Shown here piece by piece: positions 17,895-28,105 of a stretch of 64,000 bases of DNA. Origin of the DNA: an uncultured Prevotella sp. (GTDB taxonomy: Bacteria; Bacteroidota; Bacteroidia; Bacteroidales; Bacteroidaceae); assembly GCA_946542565.1 (NCBI GenBank), contig CAMNKR010000001.1:2721-66720 (forward strand), in the 5' to 3' direction. Made by a program: the position numbers and the translations under genes. How positions within the stretch are numbered: the stretch's first letter is position 1; every line of letters starts with the position of its first letter. The notes beneath the pieces were generated by a model. It did not search any database. It was not told where the DNA came from and was given only the letters and a program-made list of their open reading frames with translations.

Positions 17895-18980
17895 CTATAT
17901 CCTGACGGTTTTGCTGAGCAGCAGATGGTCTAGAATGACCATGGCGGCCATGGCTTCTACCACAGGAACGGCACGCGGCAGGACGCAGGGGTCGTGGCGG
18001 CCTTGTGCCTTGAAGGTCGTGGCGTTGCCGTCGATGTCAATGGTTTGCTGTTCACGTAGCAGGGTGGCCACAGGCTTGAAGGCTACGCGGAAGTAGATGT
18101 CCTGTCCGTTGGAGATGCCTCCCTGTATGCCTCCGCTGTTGTTGGTCTTGGTGGTGGGTGTTGGGCGTGTTGAGGGGTGAACCCCAAAAATGTCGTTCTG
18201 CTCGCTGCCCCGCTGGCTTACACCGCTGAAGCCGGCCCCGTACTCAAAGCCCTTGACAGCATTGATGCTGAGCATGGCAGACCCTAAGTCGGCATGGAGC
18301 TTGCTGAATTCCGGCTCGCCGAGCCCTGGCGGGCAGCCCTTTACGACGCAGCTGATGATGCCGCCAATGGTGTCGCCCTCGGCCTTCACCTCGCTGATGA
18401 GCTGCTCCATGGCCTTGGCCTTTTCCTGGTCGGGACAGCGTACGGCGTTTTGCTCCGTGAGCGAGAGGTCGTAGTGTGTGTAGTCGTGCTCCAAGGCTAT
18501 GGGGCCTACCTGTGAGGTGTAGGCCTGCACGCTGATGCCCGACTGGCGCAGGGCCAGCTTGGCCAGGGCTCCGGCCACGCAGCGGCTGATGGTGATGCGG
18601 GCCGAGGAGCGTCCTCCGCCTCGGTGGTCGCGCCATCCGTATTTATAAAAATAGGTATAGTCGGCATGCGACGGCCGGAACAGGCTGCGCAGGTTTTCGT
18701 AGTCGTGCGAGTGCTGGTTTTCGTTGCGTACAATGAAGCCTATGGGCGTACCCGTGGTGCGGCCCTCGAAAATGCCGCTGAGCAGCTCTACCTGGTCAGC
18801 CTCCTTGCGGCTGGTGGTGATGCTGCTCTGACCCGGGCGCCTGCGGTTCAGCTCCTGCTGAATGAAGTCCATGTCGATGGTGATGCCGGCAGGCATGCCG
18901 TCAACGACACCGCCAATGGCGGCTCCGTGGCTCTCGCCGAACGTGGTCAGCGTGAAGATGTTGCCGAAGGTGTTACGCAT
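17895..18980 (-). CDS. aroC: Chorismate synthase
   Basis: [36 protein letters not shown]. True start MRNTFG at 18980. Confidence 0.96.
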   Translation of the reverse strand: MRNTFGNIFTLTTFGESHGAAIGGVVDGMPAGITIDMDFIQQELNRRRPGQSSITTSRKEADQVELLSGIFEGRTTGTPIGFIVRNENQHSHDYENLRSLFRPSHADYTYFYKYGWRDHRGGGRSSARITISRCVAGALAKLALRQSGISVQAYTSQVGPIALEHDYTHYDLSLTEQNAVRCPDQEKAKAMEQLISEVKAEGDTIGGIISCVVKGCPPGLGEPEFSKLHADLGSAMLSINAVKGFEYGAGFSGVSQRGSEQNDIFGVHPSTRPTPTTKTNNSGGIQGGISNGQDIYFRVAFKPVATLLREQQTIDIDGNATTFKAQGRHDPCVLPRAVPVVEAMAAMVILDHLLLSKTVRI

Positions 18981-19581
18981 GGCAGTGTCCGCAGCCACAG
19001 CCGTCGCCGTGGTGATGGTGATGCTCGTGGTTGCAGCCGCCCTCGCAGCCGCCTTCGCAGTCGTCGCAGCCACAGCCGCAACCCTCGCCGTTCAGGTGGT
19101 TGATGAGGTGCTGAATCTCCTCTTTCGTAGCTTCACGGTTCTCAGTAACAAGTCCGCTGAAGAGCAACGTCTCGCCGGCCAGGGGGTGGTTCAGGTCCAT
19201 CTTGACCTTCTCTTCGCCAACCTCCAGCACGCGGCCGTAGAAGTGGTTGCCGTCTTCGTTCTGCAGGGGTACGACGGCTCCCTTGAAGATGTGCTCGTGG
19301 TCGAAGTGTCCGTTGATGGTGAAGATGTCGCGCTCCAAGTTCAGCACGCGTGCTTCTTCGTAGTCGCCGTAGGCCTCGTCCTTGGAGAGCTGGAAGGTAA
19401 AGGTTTTGCCTTTCTCCAAGTCCTTGATGTTGCGCTCGAAGCCTTCGAGCGTGAAGCCGAAGCCGCTGATGAAGTCAAACGGACGGTCGGGGGTGGTTTG
19501 TTCTACGAGGTGTTCTCCTTTCTCATCTACCGTGTACAGCTTGTACTGCACGGAGATGTACCTGTTACTCATTTCTGCCAT
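18973..19581 (-). CDS. slyD: FKBP-type peptidyl-prolyl isomerase with Cys/His-rich tail
   Basis: [13 protein letters not shown] and a metal-binding tail GCGCGC...HHHHH. Confidence 0.92.
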   Translation of the reverse strand: MAEMSNRYISVQYKLYTVDEKGEHLVEQTTPDRPFDFISGFGFTLEGFERNIKDLEKGKTFTFQLSKDEAYGDYEEARVLNLERDIFTINGHFDHEHIFKGAVVPLQNEDGNHFYGRVLEVGEEKVKMDLNHPLAGETLLFSGLVTENREATKEEIQHLINHLNGEGCGCGCDDCEGGCEGGCNHEHHHHHGDGCGCGHCHA

Positions 19582-19609
19582 ATTCTTTCTGTCTTTTTTA
19601 TTTCGGCTG

Positions 19610-19781
19610 CAAAGGTACGATTAAGCGAGCAAAATACAAAAGGAAAACTTGTTTTTCTTTTTATTTTCGAGCGGAAGTACCTTCGACCAGTAGGTCAAAG
19701 GTACGATTAAGCGAGCAAAATACAAAAGGAAAACTTGTTTTTCTTTTTATTTTCGAGCGGAAGTACCTTCGACCAGTAGGT
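19610..19781 (-). repeat. Perfect 86-bp tandem duplication of a variant promoter-bearing repeat
   Basis: 19610-19695 is identical to 19696-19781. Each unit contains CTCGCTTAATCGTACCTTTG on the minus strand. Confidence 0.95.
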
Positions 19782-19783
19782 TT

Positions 19784-21268
19784 CTATTCTTCCCTGATAT
19801 CGATGAAATAAATGTAGGGGTTGCGCTTGTCGGGCGTCTTGTCCAGATAGTTGGCCGCCTCAGACTTGTTGATGGTACGTCCGTTGAGCGAGGCCTCGGT
19901 TATTTCACCCTCTACCTCCAGCATGTTGAAGCGTTCCGCCACCTTGCTCTTCTGTATGGCCACGACCTGGGTGTAGATGGAAGGTCCGCCGGCCGACCCG
20001 GCTATCTGCACGTAGCCCTTGCCGTTGCGGCTCTGCATGAACGTCACGTGGCGCTTCTCCGTCTCCACACCGATGAGTTCCACCTTGCCGTTACGGCAGG
20101 TAAAGAGGGCTCCGTGCTTGTCGTCGCCGGCCCGCAGCCAGAACTCGTCGTAGCCGTCGTTGTCAATGTCTATGGGCATGTACTTGGTCAGCGTGTAGTG
20201 CTTGTTCAGGTCGCGGTCGTCCTGCAGGTAGAGTTCGCGCATCAGGGTCAGGTCTTTCTTCCACAGGGGTGTCTGCTCGTCTATCATGTTATGGTAGCCG
20301 GAATACTCCTGCTCAACCATTTTTCCGTCTTTCAGGATGAATCGGCCCACGGTAGAACTCTCCGGGGCGGGGTGCAGGTAGTACAGTTCCACGCCCTCAG
20401 GGCCGTCGAAGGCTCCCAGAAGGCAGCAGACGGGGTACTCTCCGCCGTCGTCAACATTCCATGTGGAATTGTTGTCTTCGGGGTCGTACTGGCCTTCCTT
20501 GGGCAGAGAGTATGTCTTGTCGCCGTCGGTCAGCACCTCAAGGGCTATGACCTTATTATTCTTGGGCTTAAACTGTACGATGCCGTAGGTGTAGCGGTCG
20601 CCCAGCGTGTAGCCTTGCACGGAGCGCTGCGTCTTCATGCCGTACTGTTTCTCTAACTGCTGCAGTACGCCCTGCGGAAAGGCCTTGGGCTTCTCGCGGT
20701 AGGGCAGCTGCTTCATGCTGAGCAGCTTGTGGGTCTCGAGGTAGCTGTCGGTCACGATGAGGTTCATGCCCTGCCATTCTGCCTTCTTGGCCATGGGGTC
20801 GTCAGCGTTGGCCAGTGCGTACTTCAGTCCTGCCGACGGAATGGCGGGGCGGCTGTGCAGCTCGCCGAAGAAAATCTTCTTGCCGTCGGGGTCCTTCAGT
20901 TGTTCCCCTACGTACTTAATATCCACCCACTTGCCGTCGGCGGTCAGCACCTTGGTATATTCCTCGGCGTGGCTGCGGGCCATGTCCTGCAGCGTCCACG
21001 CCTCAAGCGACGGTTCGTAGTATTCGATCATGTCGTTGTCGTCGAAGAATTTCTTGTCGGGTTTCTCGTACTCGGTCCAATAGACCACCTGCATGCTTTT
21101 GGCTGAAAGACAATAGAGGAACATGGGTTGCGGAGTGTTGAGCGTTGAGCGTTGAGCGTTGAGGGTTTCGGTCTGAACGCTGTCGTTCCCGCTTCTGCTG
21201 TTTGTCGTCTTGTTGCCACAGGCCGTGAGGCTCAGGGCGACAGTCATGATGATGAATAATTTTTTCAT
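19784..21268 (-). CDS. Hypothetical lipoprotein
   Basis: 494-aa ORF with lipobox LTAC. Confidence 0.8.
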   Translation of the reverse strand: MKKLFIIMTVALSLTACGNKTTNSRSGNDSVQTETLNAQRSTLNTPQPMFLYCLSAKSMQVVYWTEYEKPDKKFFDDNDMIEYYEPSLEAWTLQDMARSHAEEYTKVLTADGKWVDIKYVGEQLKDPDGKKIFFGELHSRPAIPSAGLKYALANADDPMAKKAEWQGMNLIVTDSYLETHKLLSMKQLPYREKPKAFPQGVLQQLEKQYGMKTQRSVQGYTLGDRYTYGIVQFKPKNNKVIALEVLTDGDKTYSLPKEGQYDPEDNNSTWNVDDGGEYPVCCLLGAFDGPEGVELYYLHPAPESSTVGRFILKDGKMVEQEYSGYHNMIDEQTPLWKKDLTLMRELYLQDDRDLNKHYTLTKYMPIDIDNDGYDEFWLRAGDDKHGALFTCRNGKVELIGVETEKRHVTFMQSRNGKGYVQIAGSAGGPSIYTQVVAIQKSKVAERFNMLEVEGEITEASLNGRTINKSEAANYLDKTPDKRNPYIYFIDIREE

Positions 21269-21309
21269 AGGTTCATAGTTTACTTCTTAGTCCTTCTGTT
21301 GTGATAATA

Positions 21310-21398
21310 GCTGCAAAGTTACGACATTCTTTCCACATCTGCAAAAGAAAAGTCAAAAATCTTTTGGCCGTTCGACGAGTTTTTCGTAACTTTGCAGC
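21310..21398. promoter_or_regulatory. Back-to-back divergent promoters forming a perfect 15-bp inverted repeat
   Basis: GCTGCAAAGTTACGA (21310-21324) and TCGTAACTTTGCAGC (21384-21398), each containing TAACTTTG. Confidence 0.75.
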
Positions 21399-21399
21399 C

Positions 21400-22188
21400 G
21401 TGAAAATAAAAGAAGTGCTGAACGCCCTTGAACGATTCGCGCCTCTGCCCTTGCAGGAAAGCTGGGATAATGCTGGCCTGCAGCTGGGACTGACAGAGAC
21501 GGAGGTTTCAGGGGCATTATTGTGTTTAGACGTCAACGAGCAGATTGTTGACGAAGCCATCCGTAAGGGGTGTAACCTCATCGTGAGCCACCACCCGTTG
21601 CTGTTTCGTGGGCTGAAGCAGATAAGCGATGCCGACTACGTACAGCGTACGGTCATCAAGGCCATCAAGAACGACATCTGCGTAGTGTCGATGCATACCA
21701 ACATGGACAATGCCTGGGACGGCGTAAACTTCAAGATAGCCGAAAAACTGGGAGCTGTGCCTTGTCTGGAGGAAGAAGTAAGGAGGAAGGAGGAAGGAGC
21801 CGGGAAGATTCCCATGGTCGTGGCCGAGCTGCCTGAGCCTCTGGCTGCCTGTGACTTTGTGCAGATGGTGAAAGAGCGTTTTGGCGTTGCTTGTGCCATG
21901 TGTAATGAGCTGTTGGAGCGGCCCGTCAGGAAGGTGGCCATTTGCGGCGGGGCTGGCGACTTCATGCTGCCCGAGGCAGTAGCCAAAGGGGCCGACGCCT
22001 TCATCACGGGCGAAATGCACTACCACGTCTTCTTCGGCTACGAACAAAAGCTTCAGATATGCGTCATCGGACACTATCAGAGCGAGCAGTTCACCAGCGA
22101 GCTGTTTCGTGATATTATTAATAAGGAGTGTCCCGGCGTGCGCACGTTGATAGCAGAGACGAATACGAACCCAATAAAATATTATTAA
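21400..22188 (+). CDS. Nif3-like dinuclear metal centre hexameric protein
   Basis: QESWDNAGLQ, IVSHHPLLF, HTNMD, GHYQSE. GTG start at 21400. Confidence 0.92.
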   Translation: MKIKEVLNALERFAPLPLQESWDNAGLQLGLTETEVSGALLCLDVNEQIVDEAIRKGCNLIVSHHPLLFRGLKQISDADYVQRTVIKAIKNDICVVSMHTNMDNAWDGVNFKIAEKLGAVPCLEEEVRRKEEGAGKIPMVVAELPEPLAACDFVQMVKERFGVACAMCNELLERPVRKVAICGGAGDFMLPEAVAKGADAFITGEMHYHVFFGYEQKLQICVIGHYQSEQFTSELFRDIINKECPGVRTLIAETNTNPIKYY

Positions 22189-22252
22189 ACTAAGGCCCGA
22201 TGCCCCCGGTAAAGGCCTCCCCCCTTGGGGGGATAAGAGGGGGGCCCTGATT

Positions 22253-23101
22253 ATGGCAAAGAAAGATCCTAATGACCTGTCAGTAGAGGAGCGCCTGAAA
22301 ACCCTCTACCAGATGCAGACCGCGCTCTCGGCCATTGACGAGAAGCGTGCACTGAGAGGTGAACTTCCTCTTGAAGTGCAAGACCTTGAAGACGAAATCG
22401 AAGGTCTCACCACGCGTATTGAGAAGATACAGCGTGACATTGACGAATTCCAGAAGGCCGTCACCCAGAAGAAGGGCGAGATAGTCGATGCTCAGGCCAG
22501 TGTAGAACGTTACCAGAAGCAGCTGAACGACGTGAAGAACAACCGCGAGTATGACACGCTGTCGAAAGAAATAGAGTTCCAGACACTGGAGATTGAGCTC
22601 TGCAACAAGAAAATTAAGGAAGCCCAGAATCGTATAGCTGAAAAGCAGGAAGAGCTGCGCACGAACCAGGAGACCATGGAGGAGCGCAAGAACGACCTGG
22701 AGGTAAAGAAAAACGAGCTTGACGAAATCATGGACGAGACGCGTGCCGAAGAGGATAAGCTTAAGTCAAAGGTAAAGGACTATGAGGCTAAGATAGAGCC
22801 GCGCCTGCTGGCTTCGTTCAAGCGCATTCGCAAGAACGCCCGCAACGGCTTGGGCATTGTCTATGTGCAGCGCGATGCCTGCGGCGGCTGCTTCAACAAG
22901 ATTCCGCCCCAGCGGCAGTTGGACATCAAGATGCACAAGAAGATCATCGTCTGTGAGTACTGCGGCCGCATCATGATTGACCCCGAACTGGCCGGCGTGA
23001 AGCTCGACAAGCAGGGGGTAGAGGAGAAGAAGACCCGCAAGCGCTCCATCCGTAAAAGCACCAAGAAAGCCTCGGCCGACGACGTACCCGAGATGGAATA
23101 G
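22253..23101 (+). CDS. Coiled-coil protein with C4 zinc ribbon (CT398/DUF164-like)
   Basis: Long coiled coil, CGGC...CEYCGRI. Typical partner of the Nif3 gene. Confidence 0.9.
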   Translation: MAKKDPNDLSVEERLKTLYQMQTALSAIDEKRALRGELPLEVQDLEDEIEGLTTRIEKIQRDIDEFQKAVTQKKGEIVDAQASVERYQKQLNDVKNNREYDTLSKEIEFQTLEIELCNKKIKEAQNRIAEKQEELRTNQETMEERKNDLEVKKNELDEIMDETRAEEDKLKSKVKDYEAKIEPRLLASFKRIRKNARNGLGIVYVQRDACGGCFNKIPPQRQLDIKMHKKIIVCEYCGRIMIDPELAGVKLDKQGVEEKKTRKRSIRKSTKKASADDVPEME

Positions 23102-23151
23102 TAAGCAGGAAAAAGCAGACGGAAATGTTTGCTTTCAGGCAGAAAAGCCCG

Positions 23152-23195
23152 AAAACGTCAAAAATTAGGCTGTAAAATGCATTTTTTGACGTTTT
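23152..23195 (+). terminator. Hairpin, probable terminator
   Basis: AAAACGTCAAAAA / TTTTTGACGTTTT inverted repeat. Confidence 0.5.
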
Positions 23196-23301
23196 TTCTT
23201 GGTACTTATGTTTTTTTTTATTTATTTTGCACTCGATTTAAAAGGACTAAACATTATTAGAGAATTAAAGTTATCTATATTTACAAACAAAATTATTAAA
23301 C

Positions 23302-24459
23302 ATGAAAAAGTTATTTTTGATGCTCGCTGTTGCTGCTTTCTCAGCACAGACGATGACTGCTCAGACAGTTGAAGAGAGCAAGAATTTTGACAACTGGTAC
23401 ATTGGTATCAATGCCGGTGTTCAGGCTCCGCTCAAGAACTACCGCGTACTGAAGAACCTCAATCCCCTGGCTGGTATCCGTGTTGGACGTTGGGTAACTC
23501 CCGCCCTCGGTTACGCTGTTGAGGGTGAGCTGTTCTTTAGCGACAAACCCCTGAAGACTACCACTGGTGGCATTAAGGGCTTCAACCTGAACGCTCTGGG
23601 TACTGTTAATCTGAGCAACTGGCTGGGTGGCTATCCCGGCGAGCCCCGTACTTTTGAGGTTTATGCTCTGGCCGGTATGGGCTGGGCTCACGCTTTTGGT
23701 TTCAAGAGTGGCTATGGTATCGGTACTCACGATGGCAAGAACGCTCTGACTTCCAAGTTGGCTCTTGACCTGGTGTTCAACTTGGGTGCCGCTAAGGCTT
23801 GGCAGCTCTATGTAGAGCCCTACCTGAACTACGCTCTCGACAAGCAGATTCACACTGAGTTCAATAGCAACTCTGCTGTTGTTGGTGCCCTCGTTGGTGT
23901 CAACTATAAGTTCGGTAACAGCAACGGTACTCACAACTTCAAGATTGCTGAGCTCCGCGACCAGGCTGAAATCGACGGTCTGAACAGCAAGATTAACGAG
24001 CTGCGCGCTAACCTCAACGATAAGGATGCCGTCATCTCTGCCAAGGATGGTCAGATCCGCGACCTGCAGGCTGCTCTCGACGCTTGCAACAACCGTCCCG
24101 TTGAGCCCGTCTATGTAAAGCCCGCTACTGCTACCAACCTGCAGCCCACCGTTCTCTTCCGCAAGGGTAAGAGCACCATCGATGCTGCTCAGTATGCTCC
24201 CATTGAGCTGATTGCTTCTTACATGAAGAATCATCCCGATGCAAAGGTTGAGATTAAGGGTTATGCTTCTCCCGAGGGACCCCTCGAGCTGAACCAGAAG
24301 CTTTCTGAGGCTCGTGCAAATGCCGTTATGAAGGCTCTCGTCAAGAAGTACAAGATTGCTGCTAACCGTCTGACTGCCGTTGGTTGCGGTCCTACGGATC
24401 AGCTCTTCGAGGAGGTTGAGTTCAACCGCGTTGCTACTTTCAACGACGTTGCTAAATAA
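23302..24459 (+). CDS. OmpA-family outer membrane protein
   Basis: Signal peptide, beta-barrel region, coiled coil, GYASPEG..NQKLSEARA...NRV. Strongly biased codon use. Confidence 0.92.
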   Translation: MKKLFLMLAVAAFSAQTMTAQTVEESKNFDNWYIGINAGVQAPLKNYRVLKNLNPLAGIRVGRWVTPALGYAVEGELFFSDKPLKTTTGGIKGFNLNALGTVNLSNWLGGYPGEPRTFEVYALAGMGWAHAFGFKSGYGIGTHDGKNALTSKLALDLVFNLGAAKAWQLYVEPYLNYALDKQIHTEFNSNSAVVGALVGVNYKFGNSNGTHNFKIAELRDQAEIDGLNSKINELRANLNDKDAVISAKDGQIRDLQAALDACNNRPVEPVYVKPATATNLQPTVLFRKGKSTIDAAQYAPIELIASYMKNHPDAKVEIKGYASPEGPLELNQKLSEARANAVMKALVKKYKIAANRLTAVGCGPTDQLFEEVEFNRVATFNDVAK

Positions 24460-24498
24460 TAACTAATCATTATTTTTCATAGCAAATTGATTAAAGGG

Positions 24499-24536
24499 AA
24501 GTCTCCGCAGCCTCTGGGTTGCGGAGGCTTTTTTTT
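24499..24536 (+). terminator. Intrinsic terminator after the OmpA gene
   Basis: AAGTCTCCGCAGCC-loop-GGTTGCGGAGGCTT followed by a T run. Confidence 0.85.
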
Positions 24537-24733
24537 GTGATGTTTGCCAGAATGCAGGATAATGATTACCATACAGTTTATCCAACCGCACAGCACGAAC
24601 ATTTCCGTGCCCTAAGAGGTAGTAGTAGCAGTGGATTTCAAGTTTTTCTTCCTTGGCTTTGTTTTTTTGAACGTTTTTTTGTACCTTTGCCTCTCGAATG
24701 ACGAAAACAATAACGAAAACCAAAAAAGTATTC

Positions 24734-27196
24734 ATGAATATGTTTAGACTAAAAACAGCTTTTCTGCTCTGCGCCATTGCCCTTCCCGCCGTGGCACAAC
24801 GTCATACCACCGACCTGCGCCAGTGGCAGTTCTCACGCGACACCCAGACCTGGCAACAGGTCGCCATACCCCACGACTGGGCCATCAGCGGGCCTTTCGA
24901 TAAGAAGTGGGACCTGCAGATGGTGGCCATCGAGCAGAATGGTGAGACCGAAGCCACCGAGAAGAGCGGACGTAGCGGAGCACTGCCTTGGATAGGCGAG
25001 GGACACTATCGTACCACCGTTACCCTACAGAACCTTCCGGCCCACGCCGAACTCGTCTTCGACGGTGCCATGAGCGAACCCACCGTGAAGGTCAATGGGC
25101 GCAAGGCCGGCTATTGGGCTTACGGCTACAATGCCTTCCGGCTCGACGTCACGTCTTTTCTGCAGGCAGGCCAGAACACCATCGAGGTTGACTTGAAGAA
25201 CGTGGAGGAGAGTTCACGCTGGTATCCCGGCGGTGGACTCTATCGCCCGGTAGAACTTGTTACTACGTCACAGACTCATATCGACACGTGGCAGACCTTC
25301 GCGCGTACATTGTCTATAAGTAATGGTAAAGCGACCGTATGCATCTCGGCCAAGGTCAGCAATCCGCAGCCTGGCCAGCAGCTTCAGCTCACGCTGGCCG
25401 CTCCCGACGGCCGCGTGCTCAAGCAGCAGCAGGTGGCTGTTCAGCCACAGGGCGACGTGGTCTATGTCGTCGAGATAGAACGCCCGCAGCTGTGGACCCC
25501 CGAGACGCCGTCGCTCTATACTGCCCGACTCTCGTTGTCTGGTATGGACGAGACTGTGACACGCTTCGGCATACGCACCGTCACCGTGTCGAAGGAGGGT
25601 GGCTTCCAGCTGAACGGCATCTCACGCAAACTGAAAGGCGTCTGCCTGCACCACGACTTAGGCCCCTTGGGGGCTGCCATCAACAAAGCAGCGCTCATTC
25701 GCCAGATAGAAACCATGAAGGCGATGGGGGCCGACGCCATCCGCACGGCTCACAACATGCCGAGCCAGTGGCAGATGGACATCTGCGACTCTTTGGGCAT
25801 GATGGTCATGGCCGAGTCGTTCGACATGTGGCTCTACCCCAAGTGCAAGAACGGCTATGCCCGTTTCTTCAAGGAGTGGGCCGACCGCGACATCGAGAAC
25901 CTTGTACTTCGCAACCGCAACCACCCCAGCATCGTCATGTGGAGCATTGGCAACGAGATACCCGAACAATGGAGCGACGAAGGCCGCGAGATAGCCCGTC
26001 ACCTGCAGGACATCTGCCACAGCTTGGACCCCACGCGCCCTGTCACGCAGGGCATGGACCGTGCCGAAGATGCACTCAAGAGCGGCTTCGCCCAGGTCAT
26101 GGACGTGCCGGGCTTCAACTACCGCGTCTATAAGTACGAGCGTAACCTGAGCCAGCTGCCTAAAGGCTTCCTGCTTGGCAGCGAGACCGCCTCTACCGTC
26201 AGCTCGCGTGGCGTCTATAAGTTCCCCGTCGTGCTGACCGACAATTCCCAGTTTGCCTCGTATTCGCCCAACTACGACCCGACGGCACTTTCGCGTGCCG
26301 ACGGACAGTGCTCCAGCTACGACGTGGAGTGGTGCTCGTGGTCGAACCTGCCCGACGACGACTGGGTGTGGCAGGACGACCGGCCGTGGGTCATCGGTGA
26401 GTTTGTCTGGACGGGTTACGACTACTTGGGCGAGCCTACGCCCTACGACGAGTACTGGCCCAGCCGCAGCAGCTATTTCGGCATCTGCGACCTGGCTGGT
26501 CTGCCCAAGGACCGCTACTACCTGTATCGCAGTCGGTGGAACACCCGCGAGCACACCCTCCACATGCTGCCCCACTGGACGTGGCCCGGACGCGAAGGAG
26601 AGGTGACGCCTGTCTATGTCTATACCGACTATCCTGAAGCAGAGCTCTTCGTCAACGGCAAGAGTCAGGGGCGCAGAAAGAAACAACCAGGCAGCGCACT
26701 GCCTACCTCTACAGAACCCTCTACCCAGGACATGGGGCGACTGGACCGTTATCGTCTGCGCTGGAACGACGTGCGCTACGAGCCCGGCACCATCGAGGTC
26801 GTAGCCTACGACGCTGAAGGCCGCGAGGCTGCCCGCTCGCGTCAGGTGACAGCCGGAGAGCCCGCGCAGATTGTCATGCAGGCCGACCGCATGCAGCTCA
26901 AGGCCGACGGCGACGACATGGCCTTCGTTACCGTCTCACTGGCCGATGCTGGCGGTATCTTCTGCCCCACGGCTACCGACCAGCTCTCGTTCAGCGTCTC
27001 CGGTGCCGGCACCTTCCAGGCCGCTTGTAATGGTGATGCCACGAGCCTTGAGCCGTTCACCGAGCCGCAGATGAAGCTCTTCAGCGGTCAGCTCGTCGTC
27101 ATTGTACGTGCCGCAAAGTCGGCTGGCGACATCACCCTGACCGTTACCGATGCTGCCAGAGGACTCTCTAAGAGTCTGACAATAAAGGCTCAGTGA
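24734..27196 (+). CDS. Glycoside hydrolase family 2 (beta-galactosidase-like)
   Basis: KGVCLHHDLG, IRTAHN, RNRNHPSIVMWSIGNE, WTGYDYLGEPTP. Start may be 24698, 24734 or 24740. Confidence 0.92.
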   Translation: MNMFRLKTAFLLCAIALPAVAQRHTTDLRQWQFSRDTQTWQQVAIPHDWAISGPFDKKWDLQMVAIEQNGETEATEKSGRSGALPWIGEGHYRTTVTLQNLPAHAELVFDGAMSEPTVKVNGRKAGYWAYGYNAFRLDVTSFLQAGQNTIEVDLKNVEESSRWYPGGGLYRPVELVTTSQTHIDTWQTFARTLSISNGKATVCISAKVSNPQPGQQLQLTLAAPDGRVLKQQQVAVQPQGDVVYVVEIERPQLWTPETPSLYTARLSLSGMDETVTRFGIRTVTVSKEGGFQLNGISRKLKGVCLHHDLGPLGAAINKAALIRQIETMKAMGADAIRTAHNMPSQWQMDICDSLGMMVMAESFDMWLYPKCKNGYARFFKEWADRDIENLVLRNRNHPSIVMWSIGNEIPEQWSDEGREIARHLQDICHSLDPTRPVTQGMDRAEDALKSGFAQVMDVPGFNYRVYKYERNLSQLPKGFLLGSETASTVSSRGVYKFPVVLTDNSQFASYSPNYDPTALSRADGQCSSYDVEWCSWSNLPDDDWVWQDDRPWVIGEFVWTGYDYLGEPTPYDEYWPSRSSYFGICDLAGLPKDRYYLYRSRWNTREHTLHMLPHWTWPGREGEVTPVYVYTDYPEAELFVNGKSQGRRKKQPGSALPTSTEPSTQDMGRLDRYRLRWNDVRYEPGTIEVVAYDAEGREAARSRQVTAGEPAQIVMQADRMQLKADGDDMAFVTVSLADAGGIFCPTATDQLSFSVSGAGTFQAACNGDATSLEPFTEPQMKLFSGQLVVIVRAAKSAGDITLTVTDAARGLSKSLTIKAQ

Positions 27197-28017
27197 TGAA
27201 TCGAAATTGCCCTATGCATATTTGCCGAAGTATCGCCGGTGTTGTCATGTTGCTGCTGTTGCCCCTAACAGTAGCTCAAGCACAAGAGGAGGAGCGCACT
27301 ATAGCTCCTCCGCAACTGACGGCGGCTAAGCCGCCGTCGTACGCCGCACTGGCCAGCGACTCGCTGCGTCTGAGCATAGACCCGGTTTTCAACGTGCCTT
27401 CCCAGACCCGCGAGATGCCCTCGCAACGCGTGGGTTACGATATTCCTGCCTCGCGTCAGAGTGCGGGCGTGCTACCTTTGTGGAAGGGTGGGGCAGTAGC
27501 GGTCTATGGGGCTAACGACCACATGCCGGGCCTCGTGGACATCAGCACCGGACGTCTGGCTTTGCACCAGGACTTTGGCCGCTTTCACCTGACGCTCTCC
27601 GCCAATGCCAATAAGTACTGGCTGCCCATGCAGAGTGTGCTCACCTCGCAGTACGGACTGGGCGGCCATCTTAGTTTCGATGTCAGTGAGAGCGTGTCGC
27701 TTCACGCCTTTGGCAATTACTATTTTACTGACCTGCGTACGTCGCCTGCCGTCAGTCCTTATGCCTACAGCACGTCCTTCGGTGGCTATGCTGACATACG
27801 CTTCAGTGACCACTGGGGGGCCAACCTGGGTGCACAGAGCTACGTGAACCCCTTGAATGGCCGTTGGCAGACGGAACCCATTGTTACACCTTATTATAAG
27901 TTTGACAATGGTGCGAAAATCGAGCTTCCGCTGGGTCCCCTCATCAGGCAAGCCATTTGGGGCCAGCCTTCCATCGACACCCCTCCCATGCCTATGATGA
28001 TGCGACCATTCCCGTGA
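27193..28017 (+). CDS. Hypothetical secreted or outer membrane protein
   Basis: Signal peptide, beta-strand-like alternation, overlaps the GH2 stop. Confidence 0.65.
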   Translation: MMNRNCPMHICRSIAGVVMLLLLPLTVAQAQEEERTIAPPQLTAAKPPSYAALASDSLRLSIDPVFNVPSQTREMPSQRVGYDIPASRQSAGVLPLWKGGAVAVYGANDHMPGLVDISTGRLALHQDFGRFHLTLSANANKYWLPMQSVLTSQYGLGGHLSFDVSESVSLHAFGNYYFTDLRTSPAVSPYAYSTSFGGYADIRFSDHWGANLGAQSYVNPLNGRWQTEPIVTPYYKFDNGAKIELPLGPLIRQAIWGQPSIDTPPMPMMMRPFP

Positions 28018-28037
28018 CTTTCCGTCAAAAAAAAAGG

Positions 28038-28075
28038 TTTTTCTTTGTTTTGTTCTCGCTAAATCGTAACTTTGC
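28038..28075 (+). repeat. Dispersed promoter-bearing repeat, copy C (3' half)
   Basis: TTTTCTTTGTTTTGTTCTCGCTAAATCGTAACTTTGC, one mismatch to copy A. Confidence 0.88.
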
Positions 28076-28105
28076 ACCGACTAACCGAAAAAAGAATACA
28101 ACGAC

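Noticed and set aside
18150-18182. TGGGTGT-like stretch in aroC as another in-frame heptamer insertion
   Set aside because: Too short and degenerate to support, although the peptide HPSTRPTPT may be an insertion.
18981-19073. Ala/Thr-rich N-terminal extension of AroC in the ORF track
   Set aside because: It is an alternate-frame reading of the SlyD Cys/His tail. The real start is 18980.
19610-19781. 86-bp duplication, and the 22-bp repeats at 17676, as a CRISPR array
   Set aside because: Units are contiguous with no unique spacers, and no cas genes are present.
21310-21398. Perfect 15-bp inverted repeat as an invertible promoter
   Set aside because: Each arm is itself the promoter motif of one of two divergent genes, which explains the symmetry. 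No recombinase is nearby. Not fully excluded without read data.
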